This document shows positions 13,925 to 25,007 of a stretch of 64,000 nucleotides of DNA, in pieces. The notes below the pieces were generated by a model that saw only the letters and a program-made list of their open reading frames with translations, searched no databases and had not been told where the DNA came from. Position numbers and translations under genes: made by a program. The first letter of the stretch is position 1. Each line of letters begins with the position of its first letter. Source of the DNA: Ptychomitrium polyphyllum (taxonomy: Eukaryota); contig OZ316776.1 in NCBI GenBank assembly GCA_973851085.1, forward strand, positions 1,860,001 through 1,924,000, in the 5' to 3' direction.

Positions 13925-16900
13925 GGGGCAAGCAGCGGGCGCGCGACGAGGAACAGAGCTGCGGGACGCATGTGGACGGGGACGTGCGGGACGTGCGGGA
14001 GTTTGGGAGGCTTTGGGGGGCGTTGGAGCGATGCCCAGCAGGTTCCAGAGGAGAAGGTTTTGAGCTCGCCCATGTGGCACATGAGTCGGTCCGTATTGGA
14101 TCGCTGTACGTTGCATCGTGAACGAAGCGGTGCGCAAGGGCGCGGAAGGTGCGACGTACGAAGAGATTTGGCAGCACACGGAGGTCCATTGAGATGCATG
14201 GCAGCAGGTGATGCTGTGTGGAGCTCTTTGTAAGCATGGTTGGAGTGCGTTTAGAATTATGTATTTGTGTAATGTATGACTTTTGAAGAAGATCATGCGG
14301 AACGGGAGATAGTGAACGATTGCTGGGAGCGGGAGTTGCGCTTCTTGTTGTCAGTGTATTGAGTTGGTAGCGTGATCCAGTTTTGATCTTTTGATTCATG
14401 TGTTTGGGATATTGTTCTTAGACAAAATTGATGTAGTAGAGTTGTTCGGGTAGTCCTGTATTATTATGAGTTGGTAAATATTGAGGAATGTGGGAGTAGG
14501 CATTTATCTTGCGATTGTGAGCAGGAAGATAGCAGGCGACCTGAAGTATGTTGTTACTGAGTCGACGGAATGGAATCTGATCCAGGCTCGGGTTCATATG
14601 CGGTTTATGTCTATGAAGTGGAGATGAAGCTGCTAATTGTAGAGATTGGAAGATGTCGTGGAAGTTTTTTCTGTTCTGGGATGATGTGTGTGTTCTCCTT
14701 TGTATTTACATATGTTTCCTGATGGCCGAGTTTGCACATCGTGGCGTTTGGGAACTTGGTCTTCTGTGAAGGTCTACTCATGTAGCGTTTCATTCTGGAC
14801 CAGTGCAGTTGAAGTATGTTATTTAGCACATGAAATCAGGAGGTCACTCTTAGAGGCCTTCTTGATGTATGTGGTGATTGCAGTGCTTTGAATTCTAGTA
14901 TTGGCTATTGGATGCGCACGTCTTGCTGGCTTGAAAAGTAAATTATGTTCCACATAAACAACACTAGATATTCGATTTGTTGGATTTGTTTTGGAGCATA
15001 CTATACGTCACAAAAATGAAGTTCAAATTTATGGGTGGTAACACGTATAACTTTTCGTAAGATATTATCCACGGAAAAAACATGCTCGAAGGGTAAATGT
15101 TTTTCTAGTGAAATGGAGCTAGTTTTCTCTAAACTTTTCTGGCAAGAAAATATATTAAAAACTAATTAGCAAGTTTTTTACCGAAAATGTTTCTATTCTT
15201 AAACAGTATTGCCACACTTAGATGAAAGGTACAATTTCAGTGAATACATTACATATTTGTATGGATTTAATATATAAGGTAGATGAAACACATCATTTGT
15301 TGCTACTCTTGATACATTCAAATGTTGCTGATTATTAATCTAGTTATGATATTAAGTGATGCCAATCATTTCTTGAATACTTAAATTAGATTTAAATTTG
15401 TATACTATATTCATTCTTTCATACTATAAACTAATAATAATGAAAAAAACATATGTTAAAAAAAATACTAATATCTCAAAACGGTATTTTATTTTTTTAA
15501 ATCCGAAAAATGTATTAATGAGGTTTTTGGGGTAATTGCCAACGTTCAACACTTTAAACTTTGGATAATGTTCATATATGTTTTGAATCAAACTTCATAA
15601 TACTTTCATTACGGTAATTCTTACCTTCAGTTTGTAAATTGCAAGGAAGGAATGATTTTTTCATCATTCAAGAATATCAAAGCTTTTTCATCTTTGTTTT
15701 CTAATGCACCTTCAATATTATTACTAATTTTGTGAAATATACGCTTCTCTCTATATGTAACATGTGTTGATTTAATACAATGAAATCACTTACATAATAC
15801 AAATGTATTACGCCATGTGGTTCCATAACTTCCATCATTATTATTTATTCTTTAAATAAATTAAAAAAAAATCATCATCAATTTTATCACTTATTCAAAA
15901 TAAATTAACAAACAATTTGGAACAAATACAAAATATTAAAGTTATTACCATCAATGGTTTTTAATTCTATAAACATAATATGAAATTCCAAAATTGAGTA
16001 ATTTCAGTTGTTGGAATTAAAATCTAGATATTGTTTTATTAATGAAATATATGAAATGTCAAAACTCAATTATGTAAAATACAAGGTGTTTTAAAGTCAA
16101 TTTTAAAAAAAATTAAAAGAAATTTGTAGAGTGTGTTTTAAATATATATAAAAAATTAAAAATATTCCAATTTTGTATAAGGTATTATAAGATAATTGGA
16201 TATTATACATATACCATAAACTACAAAAGAAGTGTTCTTCTTCTAAATTGCACATAATTAATAGAAATGACCAAGCACGGTAAAGTGAATAATTGATTAA
16301 GATTTTAATGCTTTTAAGATGAAAATGTAATAAAAAAGTCTTAAAGCACAATAGAAGTAATGCACAAAATAATTGTAATTATCTTCTTTGAGGATAATAT
16401 ATGTACTTGAAATTATTGAATTAAATTCCAACATATAGAAATTCTTTCAAAAATCGAAATTTTATTCAAAAAATCTTATCAAACTTTTCATAAATTTGAA
16501 TCATTAAGTTTTAAAACTAATTTGAATCTAAATTAGTAGTTGTCTAAAAACCTTAAATGATATTTATCTTTGCCACTGCTCTTTTTTTTTTTAGTGCTTC
16601 ATTTTATCCTTCTTTTCTAAAATCAAATTAATCTACTCATATTAAGTGTAATGAAAGAATCTACTACTTACATGTTACAAGTTTGAAAATTAAAAATCAA
16701 TTGGTATGTATGTTCTAAAAATCATCAGAGCTAATTTCAAATTGTATTATTGAAAGTACGGTGGAAGCAATAAAAAAAAGTTTATTTATTTTCTTCAAGA
16801 AAATGACAAAAATGGCTTACTTTACCATCCTATCAAAAGCTCTTCATGTTTGTTGAAAATCAATTAGAAATAAGATACGAAACCTTTACAGAAACTTGAT

Positions 16901-17334
16901 GGAAAAAATGTTGAAACTGGAAGAAATTTTAAATATTAGAATATACTACACTTGAATATGAATTTTGATTATTTTTTATACAAATAATTCAAGCTTTAAG
17001 AAATCAATTCCACAAAAATCAAAAATCAGATTCTTAAATGCACTTTGGGCTGCTACTAATTTAATATTTTTCATTTTAAAACTCCTAAATAGGATATGGT
17101 ATTACATAGATTTTAAATGCCATTGGTAGGAAACAATATTCAATCTGTATGGAATGTGAGCAAAGGAACCTGGTAACCATTTTACATACTACCATTAGAA
17201 ATGTTTTAAAAGCAGCCTCTATCATTACCAAATATTTTAAAATTGAGATTTAAAAGGTCGTGCATTGTAGTGGAGTTAAATTTTTATTATTTCATTATGA
17301 TATGTGGAGCAGCTATTTAATATTTGATATTTGG

Positions 17335-17976
17335 ACTTCTTCATATAACTTTGTTGAAGCCGCAATAGTCAACATGCATCTGCAAAGATTCATTTTTCTT
17401 TGTTATAAATAAGATGGATGTTCCAACATGTGATTTGGAATATTTAATGAAGTCCTTTACCAAGTTTTCATCAATCTATTATATCAAGGTAGTCAATTTA
17501 ATTTGTGATAGATTATAAATAGGTCCAAAAAGTGGTTGGATTCCTTGGAACTTAATGGCGCAATTGTAAGGCCATTGCTCTAGTCATAAATTCATATTTT
17601 TCTTTTCAAAGATGTTCTTATAATCTTAAGATTAGTGGAGCATGCCTTGATAATTCTCTTATATAAAGCTAGATATTGGCGTTGCATAAATGGCATAGAT
17701 TGGTTTATCCATAAAGCATGTTATTGTACCAGTGTTAAAAAGAACTTCATTAAATATTTTACCATTTGATAATTTGATTTTGATAGGAAACTTAAAAGAA
17801 GAAGTAGAGGTTGGAAGTAATAAGATACTTTGATTTGGTGGTTGTTTGTTTGTAGTGACTAGTCGCATGGTTTCTATTGTAATTGGACCTCTTTGTTTTC
17901 CAATTCCACCATTGTGCTCCAAGCCTTGAAAGCAAATCTTTTGATTTAGCAATTGCGCATTTATATCTAAACTTGC
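17335..17976 (-). mobile_element. Element D, 3' part: decayed Ty3/gypsy protease and start of RT (host of the nest)
   Basis: Minus-strand remnants EVLFNTGTITCFMDK (protease-like) and QPLFGPIYNLSQ..IDENLVKDFIKYSKS..KKNESLQMHVDYCGFNKV (RT N-terminus). Continues the gag zinc-knuckle interrupted at 33096. Left boundary approximate. Confidence 0.75.
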
Positions 17977-18395
17977 TGTAACGGACATACATATTAGAAG
18001 CATTTAGATAGGTTCTTAGAAGATTTAAGAAGCTTCCAACGAAGTTGCCTTAGCTAAGGAAGATTCTAAGGAAATTGCCTTGGCTTAGGAAGCTTCCAGG
18101 GAAGTTATCTCAGCCTATGAAACTTCCAAGGAAGCAATTCAAGGTTGCTTGAATACAAAACAATGTAGGTGAAGCTTCTCAAGAAGCTTCCAAGGCTTAT
18201 AGTTCTAGTATATATAAGAGTCGGGGTTGACGAGCTCTTCAGTCTCAACAGTACATCTCTTGTGGTCTACTTCACACCTTCTGGCCTTTTCTTTTGTACC
18301 TTGTTGTAGGTCTATATCTCTAATATACTTAGACTTATCTTGTTACACATGTTGGAATCCTAAAGCCTTGTCTTGTGGTTACTCTGTTTGTAACA
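17977..18395 (+). repeat. 5' LTR of element A
   Basis: TGTAACGGAC...TTGTAACA; TATATATAAG at 18209-18218; about four 30-bp tandem units at 18029-18135. Roughly 10% diverged from the 3' LTR (by-eye estimate). Confidence 0.9.
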
Positions 18396-18588
18396 ATTTG
18401 TTGAGACTGTCATACAACAATATCAGAGCTTAGTCTTTCTTGATAGAAAGCGGATCACCTTTTCTTTCTGAAAGCACTATAGCACTCTAGAGGTTGCGGA
18501 TTATCCTCTTCTGAACTAATATTTCCTCTTAAATTTCCTTTAGTTTCTTGCGTAGTTAGTAGTTTTTATATTTTCCTACTTCATTTCT

Positions 18589-21500
18589 ATGCCACGGGGT
18601 GAAGAAGTCAATATAACTTATTTAAAAGAGACAAAGTTAGATTCCATAATTCATTCTTTGAAGCATTAAGGATCAAGACCAAGTCTTTATTCAAGCAAAA
18701 CAAAGAACTATATTTAATCATACATAATGGCCAAGGAGCAGAAACATCGCAAGTGTTATCCCAAGTCAACTTAGATGCTTCATTGTTTAGACTTGATTTG
18801 ATAGATGGCGGATAAGTTCAAGCTAGGAATTCAATGCTAACAACCAAAGAACCAAGAATCAACCTTCCAAAAAAATTTAATGGTATGCATTTGAAATTTT
18901 GAGGCTTTATAAACCAAGTTCAAATTGTTACCTTGTTTGAACCTCGACGCTATTCTATAGACACTTTGCGTATTGGTTTGGTATGAATATTGCTACTAGG
19001 ACAAGCATTGTCCTGATTTGCATCACTTTTTGAAAAGAATTCTTCCATACTTAGTAACTTTGATGCATTCCTATCTGCATTTGCAAAAGCATTTGGTGAC
19101 CATGACAAGCTTTATTTTGCAACTACTAAGATTTGTGCCTTACGCCAAGAGCCATATTCTATGTCAATTTATGCATTGGAATTTTGACAACTTGCATGCA
19201 ACATGAATTGGGGAGAAGGAGCACTGATGAATCAATTTCATTAGGGCATACACGAAGAGGTTAAGGATTTATTGTTATCCATGCCTAACCTCCAAATACT
19301 TGATGAGGCCATCAGTTAAGCTTTGAAGTGCAATAATTGTCTATTTTAATGCCGACAAGATAAATAGACTTTTATTACGCCACGGCCATATACCAACTTT
19401 TTAGTAGCTACAGCCTCGTCTACTTCTAATAAGTATTTGGAAGCAAAGGCAATGCAAATTGATGCGGTTTGCTTCGAGCCCCTTACTGAACATGAAAAAA
19501 AGTGGCAAAGGGAGCAAAGGTTGTGTTTGTACTATGGAAAATCTGGCTACAAGGTTGATAACTGCCAAGAAAAACTTCTACATATATATTGGATGACAAG
19601 TACAACCACCATGCCAAATAATTTGCAAGAAAACAAGGACATCCAGCCACAGTAGGGACCATGCTGCTAAATTTGCTTCTTTTGCAAAAAAACAAAGATC
19701 TTGTTCTATCAACCCATCTTTCCTCTTATTTTACTAAATCTATTTGTTTGGGTGTTTAGAAGCTCAAAAGCCTTGTTCTAATAGATTCAAGAGCCTCTGC
19801 TTGCTTTATTGATAAAGAATTAATGAAAATCTATAAGTTTCTTTTTAGTAAAAAATCCAAGCCCGTCCATGTAGAAGTCTTAGATAGTTGACTGTTATCT
19901 TCTGGAGATGTTATTCATGAGACCAATCCATTAACAGTAACATTGAATAATCATAGTAGCCAAGTAATATTTAATGTCATTAGGTCCTTGTCAAGTCCCA
20001 TCATTATAGGGTTTTCTTGGTTTGAAAGTAAAATCTGCAGATAAATTAGGCATCCTGCAAAATAGAATTTCCATCATTAGATTTTATAACTACTAAGCTT
20101 ATGGAAGAAGCTGAAGCATCTTATAGATCTAAAATTATAAAGCTTCTTTTCATTAAAGCTAGAACATTTATAAGAAGAACACAAATTGGTGCTTCTTTTA
20201 CTGTGTATGCAATGTTAATGTCTAAAGTTGTGGCTTCATCATCAATCAATCCAGAAAAATATAAGGAGTCCAATAGTGTATTCGAAAAGAAGAATGTAGA
20301 CATCCTACTAGAATATTGTCCTTACGACTAAACTATAGACCTTCAAGACAACGCCTAGCCATTATTTGGACCTATCTATAATTTATTCCAAAACGAGCTT
20401 ACTTCATTGAGGGAATATATTGATGAAAACTTAGCCAAGAACTTTACTCAATATTCAAAGTCTCCTATCAGGGCTCCGATACTTTTTATAAAAAAGAAAG
20501 ATGGATCCTTACAAATGTGTGTCAATTACCATTGCTTCAACAAAATAATGGTGAAGAACCAATATCCATTGCCGCTGATATCTGGGCTTTTTGATCAACT
20601 TGGCTAAATAAAGATCTATACCAAAACAGACCTACAAGGAGCCTACAATTTAGTACGCATCAAAGAAGGAGACAAATGGAAGATGGCTTTTCAAACAAGG
20701 TATGGACATTTTGAATACAATGTCATGCCTTTTGGACTTACCAACGCACTCGCCATTTTCAGCACTTGATGAATGACATATTTTGGAAATGCCTCGATGA
20801 TTTTGTCGTATATTATCTGGATGATATCTTGATCTATTCAAAGAATCCAGAGGAACATGAACGACATGTTCGTAGAGTCCTACAAAAACTATGAGATGCC
20901 GGTTTATATGATAAGCTGAAGAAATGTATATTCCATGAACCTCAAATAGAATTCCTTGGTTATATCATCTCCAACAAAGGATTATTGATGGATTTAAAGA
21001 AGATCAAAGCAGTGAGCAATTGAACGAAGCCAAAATCGGTATGTGATGTCCAATGCTTTCTTGGATTTGCAAACTTCTTTAGGATCTTCATTAAGGACTA
21101 TTCTCAAATAGCTACATCACTCACGCAACTAATATGCAAGAAAAAGCTTGAGTGGAGATTCAATGCTAAGGATGCATTCCAAAGTTTGAAGCGAGCTTTT
21201 ACCACACCTCCTATTGTGGTCCATCCAGACTTTTGATTGCAATTTTATCTGAGATAGATGCTTTTGACTTTGCACTAGGAGCAGTTTTGTTATAAACAAG
21301 GAAAGAAGGAAGATTCTATATGATTGCATTCCATTCCAAAAAAAATTCAGCTGCAGAAATCAACTACAAGATCCACAACAAGGAACTCCTTGCAATTGTG
21401 GATTCCTTCAAAGAATGGCGTCACATGCTTGAAGGTGCCACGCATTCAGTTATTGTATATACAGATCATAAGAACTTGGAATATTTTATATCAGCCCGTG

Positions 21501-22842
21501 TTTTGAATTGCCGCCAAGCTGGTTGGAGTATGTTTCTATCTCGATTTGATTTTTGCATCACATATTGACTCGGAAAAGAGCAAGCGTTATTAGATGCTTT
21601 GTCAAGGCAATCATACCTTGTATCAAAAGAGAAAGATGTAGCATACGATCAATAATGAGCAACTTTGTTGAAATCCAAACGGTTTTCTATATGCACAACC
21701 ACCATTTCAACTCCAGTGGATTCATCGTTCTTAACCAAGTGCATGTGGCATCTACCAAGGACCCTCTTATTCTTGATATCAAGCTTCATTCCAACAACCT
21801 CCTTGAAGATGTGTCTTAATTCAAATTAGAAGACAACCTTCTTTATTCTGAAGAACGTCTATATGTTCCTAAAGGACCAATTTGCCTCTATGTATTTCAA
21901 ACATGTCATGACTTTCTTGTAGCTGGACATTTTGAATTCAACAAAACCTTGGAATTCCTCTCTTGAGACTTTTGGTGGCCTCAAATGTGGAAGGCTGTTA
22001 AGAAATTTGTACTCTCATGTGATACTTGCTCTAGGTCAAAAAATCCTAGACACCGTCTATATGAACTTCTCCAACCACTGCTTATTCCAAAAAAACCGTA
22101 GTCATCTGTGTCAATGGATTTCATTACAAATCTTCTACTATCAAATTATTTTAATACCATCTTTGTTGTAGTAGACTTATTGATCAAGATGGCACATTTT
22201 ATACCTTACAAGAAGACGATTACAGGTGAAAAGACTGCCACACTCTTCATGGATAATGTCTACTGCCACCATGGATTATCCGACGATATTATATTGGATT
22301 GTGGACCATAGTTTGTATCAAGATTTTAAAAGTCCTTCTTTGAAATCCTTAAAGTGGACATAAAACTTTCTTCTGCCTTCCATCCTCAAACTGATGGCCA
22401 AACAGAGCGAATCAACAAGATCTTAAAATAATACTTGAGGTGTATCATCAACTACCAATAAGATGATTGGACTTCCTACTTGACATTGGCTGAATTTGCC
22501 TACAACAATATCACTTTTGCTTCCACCCAACAAAAGTGATTCTACTCCAACTATAGACATCATCCAAAGATAAATATGTTATAGCCTCTACAATCTAAAA
22601 ATCTAGTAGTGGAAGAATTTTCCACAAGAATGGCAAAGCTTCAAACAACCATAAAGACTCAACTAAAAAAAACTTGGAAACAATACAAAACAGCAACATA
22701 TGCAACAAAAAAGAAAAAAACTCCATTCCAAGTTGATGAAAAGGTGCGGCTCTTTTGACGCAATATAATGACTACTAGGCCATGTGACAAGCTGAACTAT
22801 CGCAAATTGGAACCATTTGCAATAGAAAAACAAGTCAACTAC
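18589..22842 (+). pseudogene. Disrupted gag-pol of element A (resumes at 31772 to about 32120)
   Basis: EPRINLPKKFNG (gag), degenerate zinc knuckle [70 protein letters not shown]. Many stops and frameshifts. Confidence 0.88.
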
Positions 22843-23810
22843 TATCGTGCACCTTTCTTTGAGGAATGCCCGCAAGACTAAGGGCACAAGGGGAATCCCG
22901 GAGTGACGCCTGGGACTTGTGTTGCTGATAGTGAGGTGATTCAGGTAGACCTAGCATGGAAAGGACCCCGAGGGGGAGAAACATCTTTGCCCATGTAAAC
23001 TGAAAGTCACAAGGGAGAAATTATAGGCATTGGAAGACTCACTACAAATTGATTTTAGAAAGCTAAAAATTGCTTAAATTAGGTAAAGAAACTAAAAGAT
23101 ATGGCATTCCAAAGTTGGGGCTGCCAAAGGCTGTTCTAAACTATGGCAGCCCTAAACTGTGACTATACTAGACTAGGACAGTGCAGAGAAGGACTCCTTG
23201 GGAGTTCCGAACCTTGAAAGGGAAATATCTCCCAGGATACTAAGTCAAATTGGACGTTTGAGGAGTCTATCGGCATTTGCGCAAAGAGTAGATGACGATA
23301 GAGTGGTTGCTTGATAGATTCAAAAACCAAACATGGAAGATATGGCTCTTTGAAGGTCCGTAGGAAGTATTGGAAATTTCCAGCGGCTAAGTTCCAAGGG
23401 AGATCAGATGATCTTCTAAAGTTTTGGATGTGTTGAGGTTTAGCCAGCTACAAAGGGCCAGGGAACTTGCTAAATCTCACAAAGTACTATAAGGGAGAAT
23501 TGGTCCTCCTCTCTACTTCCATAGTGTCTCGGTATGAACCAAAAATGAATTCCGATGGGTGGAATTAGTATTGGAGTTTCACTATGGGAGCTCCCACACC
23601 GTTGTGAGCCGGTGGATGACCGGTTTTACAAAAGGAATTAGTGAAATTTAAAGGATACGCTTGTTATCACTAAGTTAGAGTGATGTCTTCACGCCTGCAC
23701 CATGGTGGCCCGGAGTGATCTTAGGATCACATGGAGATCATGAATGGTGGTAAAGAGGCACCATTAAATGCAGTTAGGTTGTGTGAAATGGAAGTAACAC
23801 TAAATGAGGC

Positions 23811-24955
23811 TGTTGCGCACCTCTCTTTGAGGAGTGCCCGCAACACTAAGGGCACAAGGAGGACCCCGGAGTGACGTCCGGGACTTGTGGCGCCGATAGT
23901 GAGAGAAACCAAGTGGGCCTAGCATGGGAAGGACCCCTAAGGGGGAGAAACATCCTTGCCCATGTAGACCAAGGGCCACAAGGGATAGATGGCTGGCATT
24001 GGAAGAATCACAAAGAGCTGATTCTAGAATGCTAAAAATTGTCCAAATCGGACAAGGGAGCTAAAAGTTATGGCATCCCAAAGTTGAGGTTGCCAAGGGG
24101 CTGTTCTGGAGTGTGGCAGCCCTACTCGGTGACTGTACTGGAGTGGGACAATCCAAGGAGGGACTCCCCGGGAGTCCCGAACCTTGGGAGAGGCGTATCT
24201 CTCACAATACTAACTTAAATCGGACGTTTGAGGAGTCTATCGGCATCAACGCAAAGAGTAGATGACAATAAACTGGTCGTTTGATACATTTGGGCACCGG
24301 ATGAGGAAGATATGGCTTCCTGAAGATCCGCTGGGAGTCCCGGAGGCTTCCAGCGGCTAAGTCCCAAGGGAGATCGGGTGGTCTTCCAAAACTCTAGGTG
24401 TGTCGGGTTTCATCCAGCTACAGAGGGCCAGGGGGCCTGCTGAATCCCATAGAGAGTACTATAAGGGAAGGCTGGTCCCCCTCCCCACTCCCCTAGTATC
24501 CCGGTAGAGACCAAGGATGAGTCCCGGTTGGTGGAGCTAGTGTTGGAGCTTCACCACGGGGACTTCGACACTATTGTGAGCCGGTGGACGGCCGGTTTCA
24601 CGAAGGGAACTAGCACATTCAAAAGGGTACGCTTGTTACCACTAAGTTGGGGTGGTGTCTTCACACCGACACCATGATGGCCCGGGGTGATCTTAAGATC
24701 ACATGGGCATCATGAGTGGTGGTGAGGAGACACCACTAAGTGCGGTTAGGCCGTGTGGAATGGGAGTAACACCAAGGAGGCCTTGGACATGAATGGAAGT
24801 CCGCACCTGACCATTGGCTACTAATAAATTGGGTGTCCTAAGAAAAATGGTAGAAAGACTTGGAAAGTGAAAATGGGGGTTAACCATGTGCATGTGGGGG
24901 TGTACGGGGTTGACGCGCGTGACGCTTGCTAAGGTGCATTACAAGGGTCGGGACA
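23811..24955 (+). repeat. 5' LTR of element C
   Basis: TGTTGCGCACC...GGGTCGGGACA; aligns without gaps to 30428-31572. Confidence 0.95.
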
Positions 24956-25007
24956 TTTGGTATCAGAGTTGGCTTTGAGTATCCAAGTGCTACATTGCGA
25001 GGAGGCT

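Noticed and set aside
6790..14399. Many long antisense and alternative-frame ORFs (581, 643, 451, 439 aa etc.) over RKP
   Set aside because: Shadow ORFs caused by stop-codon scarcity in very GC-rich DNA; low-complexity P/R/H/G translations with no recognisable domains.
15200..17330. Very AT-rich tract, possibly old transposon debris (similar tracts at 35000-36000 and 42560-44300)
   Set aside because: No termini, TSD or protein motif identifiable by eye.
18029..18135. Regularly spaced repeats as a CRISPR-like array
   Set aside because: Contiguous degenerate tandem units inside a eukaryotic LTR, with no unique spacers and no cas genes.
18421..18429. TATCAGAGC as the tRNA-Met PBS of element A
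   Set aside because: Lacks the TGG and lies 25 nt from the LTR end defined by the 3' LTR and TSD; the adjacent self-complementary site fits better.
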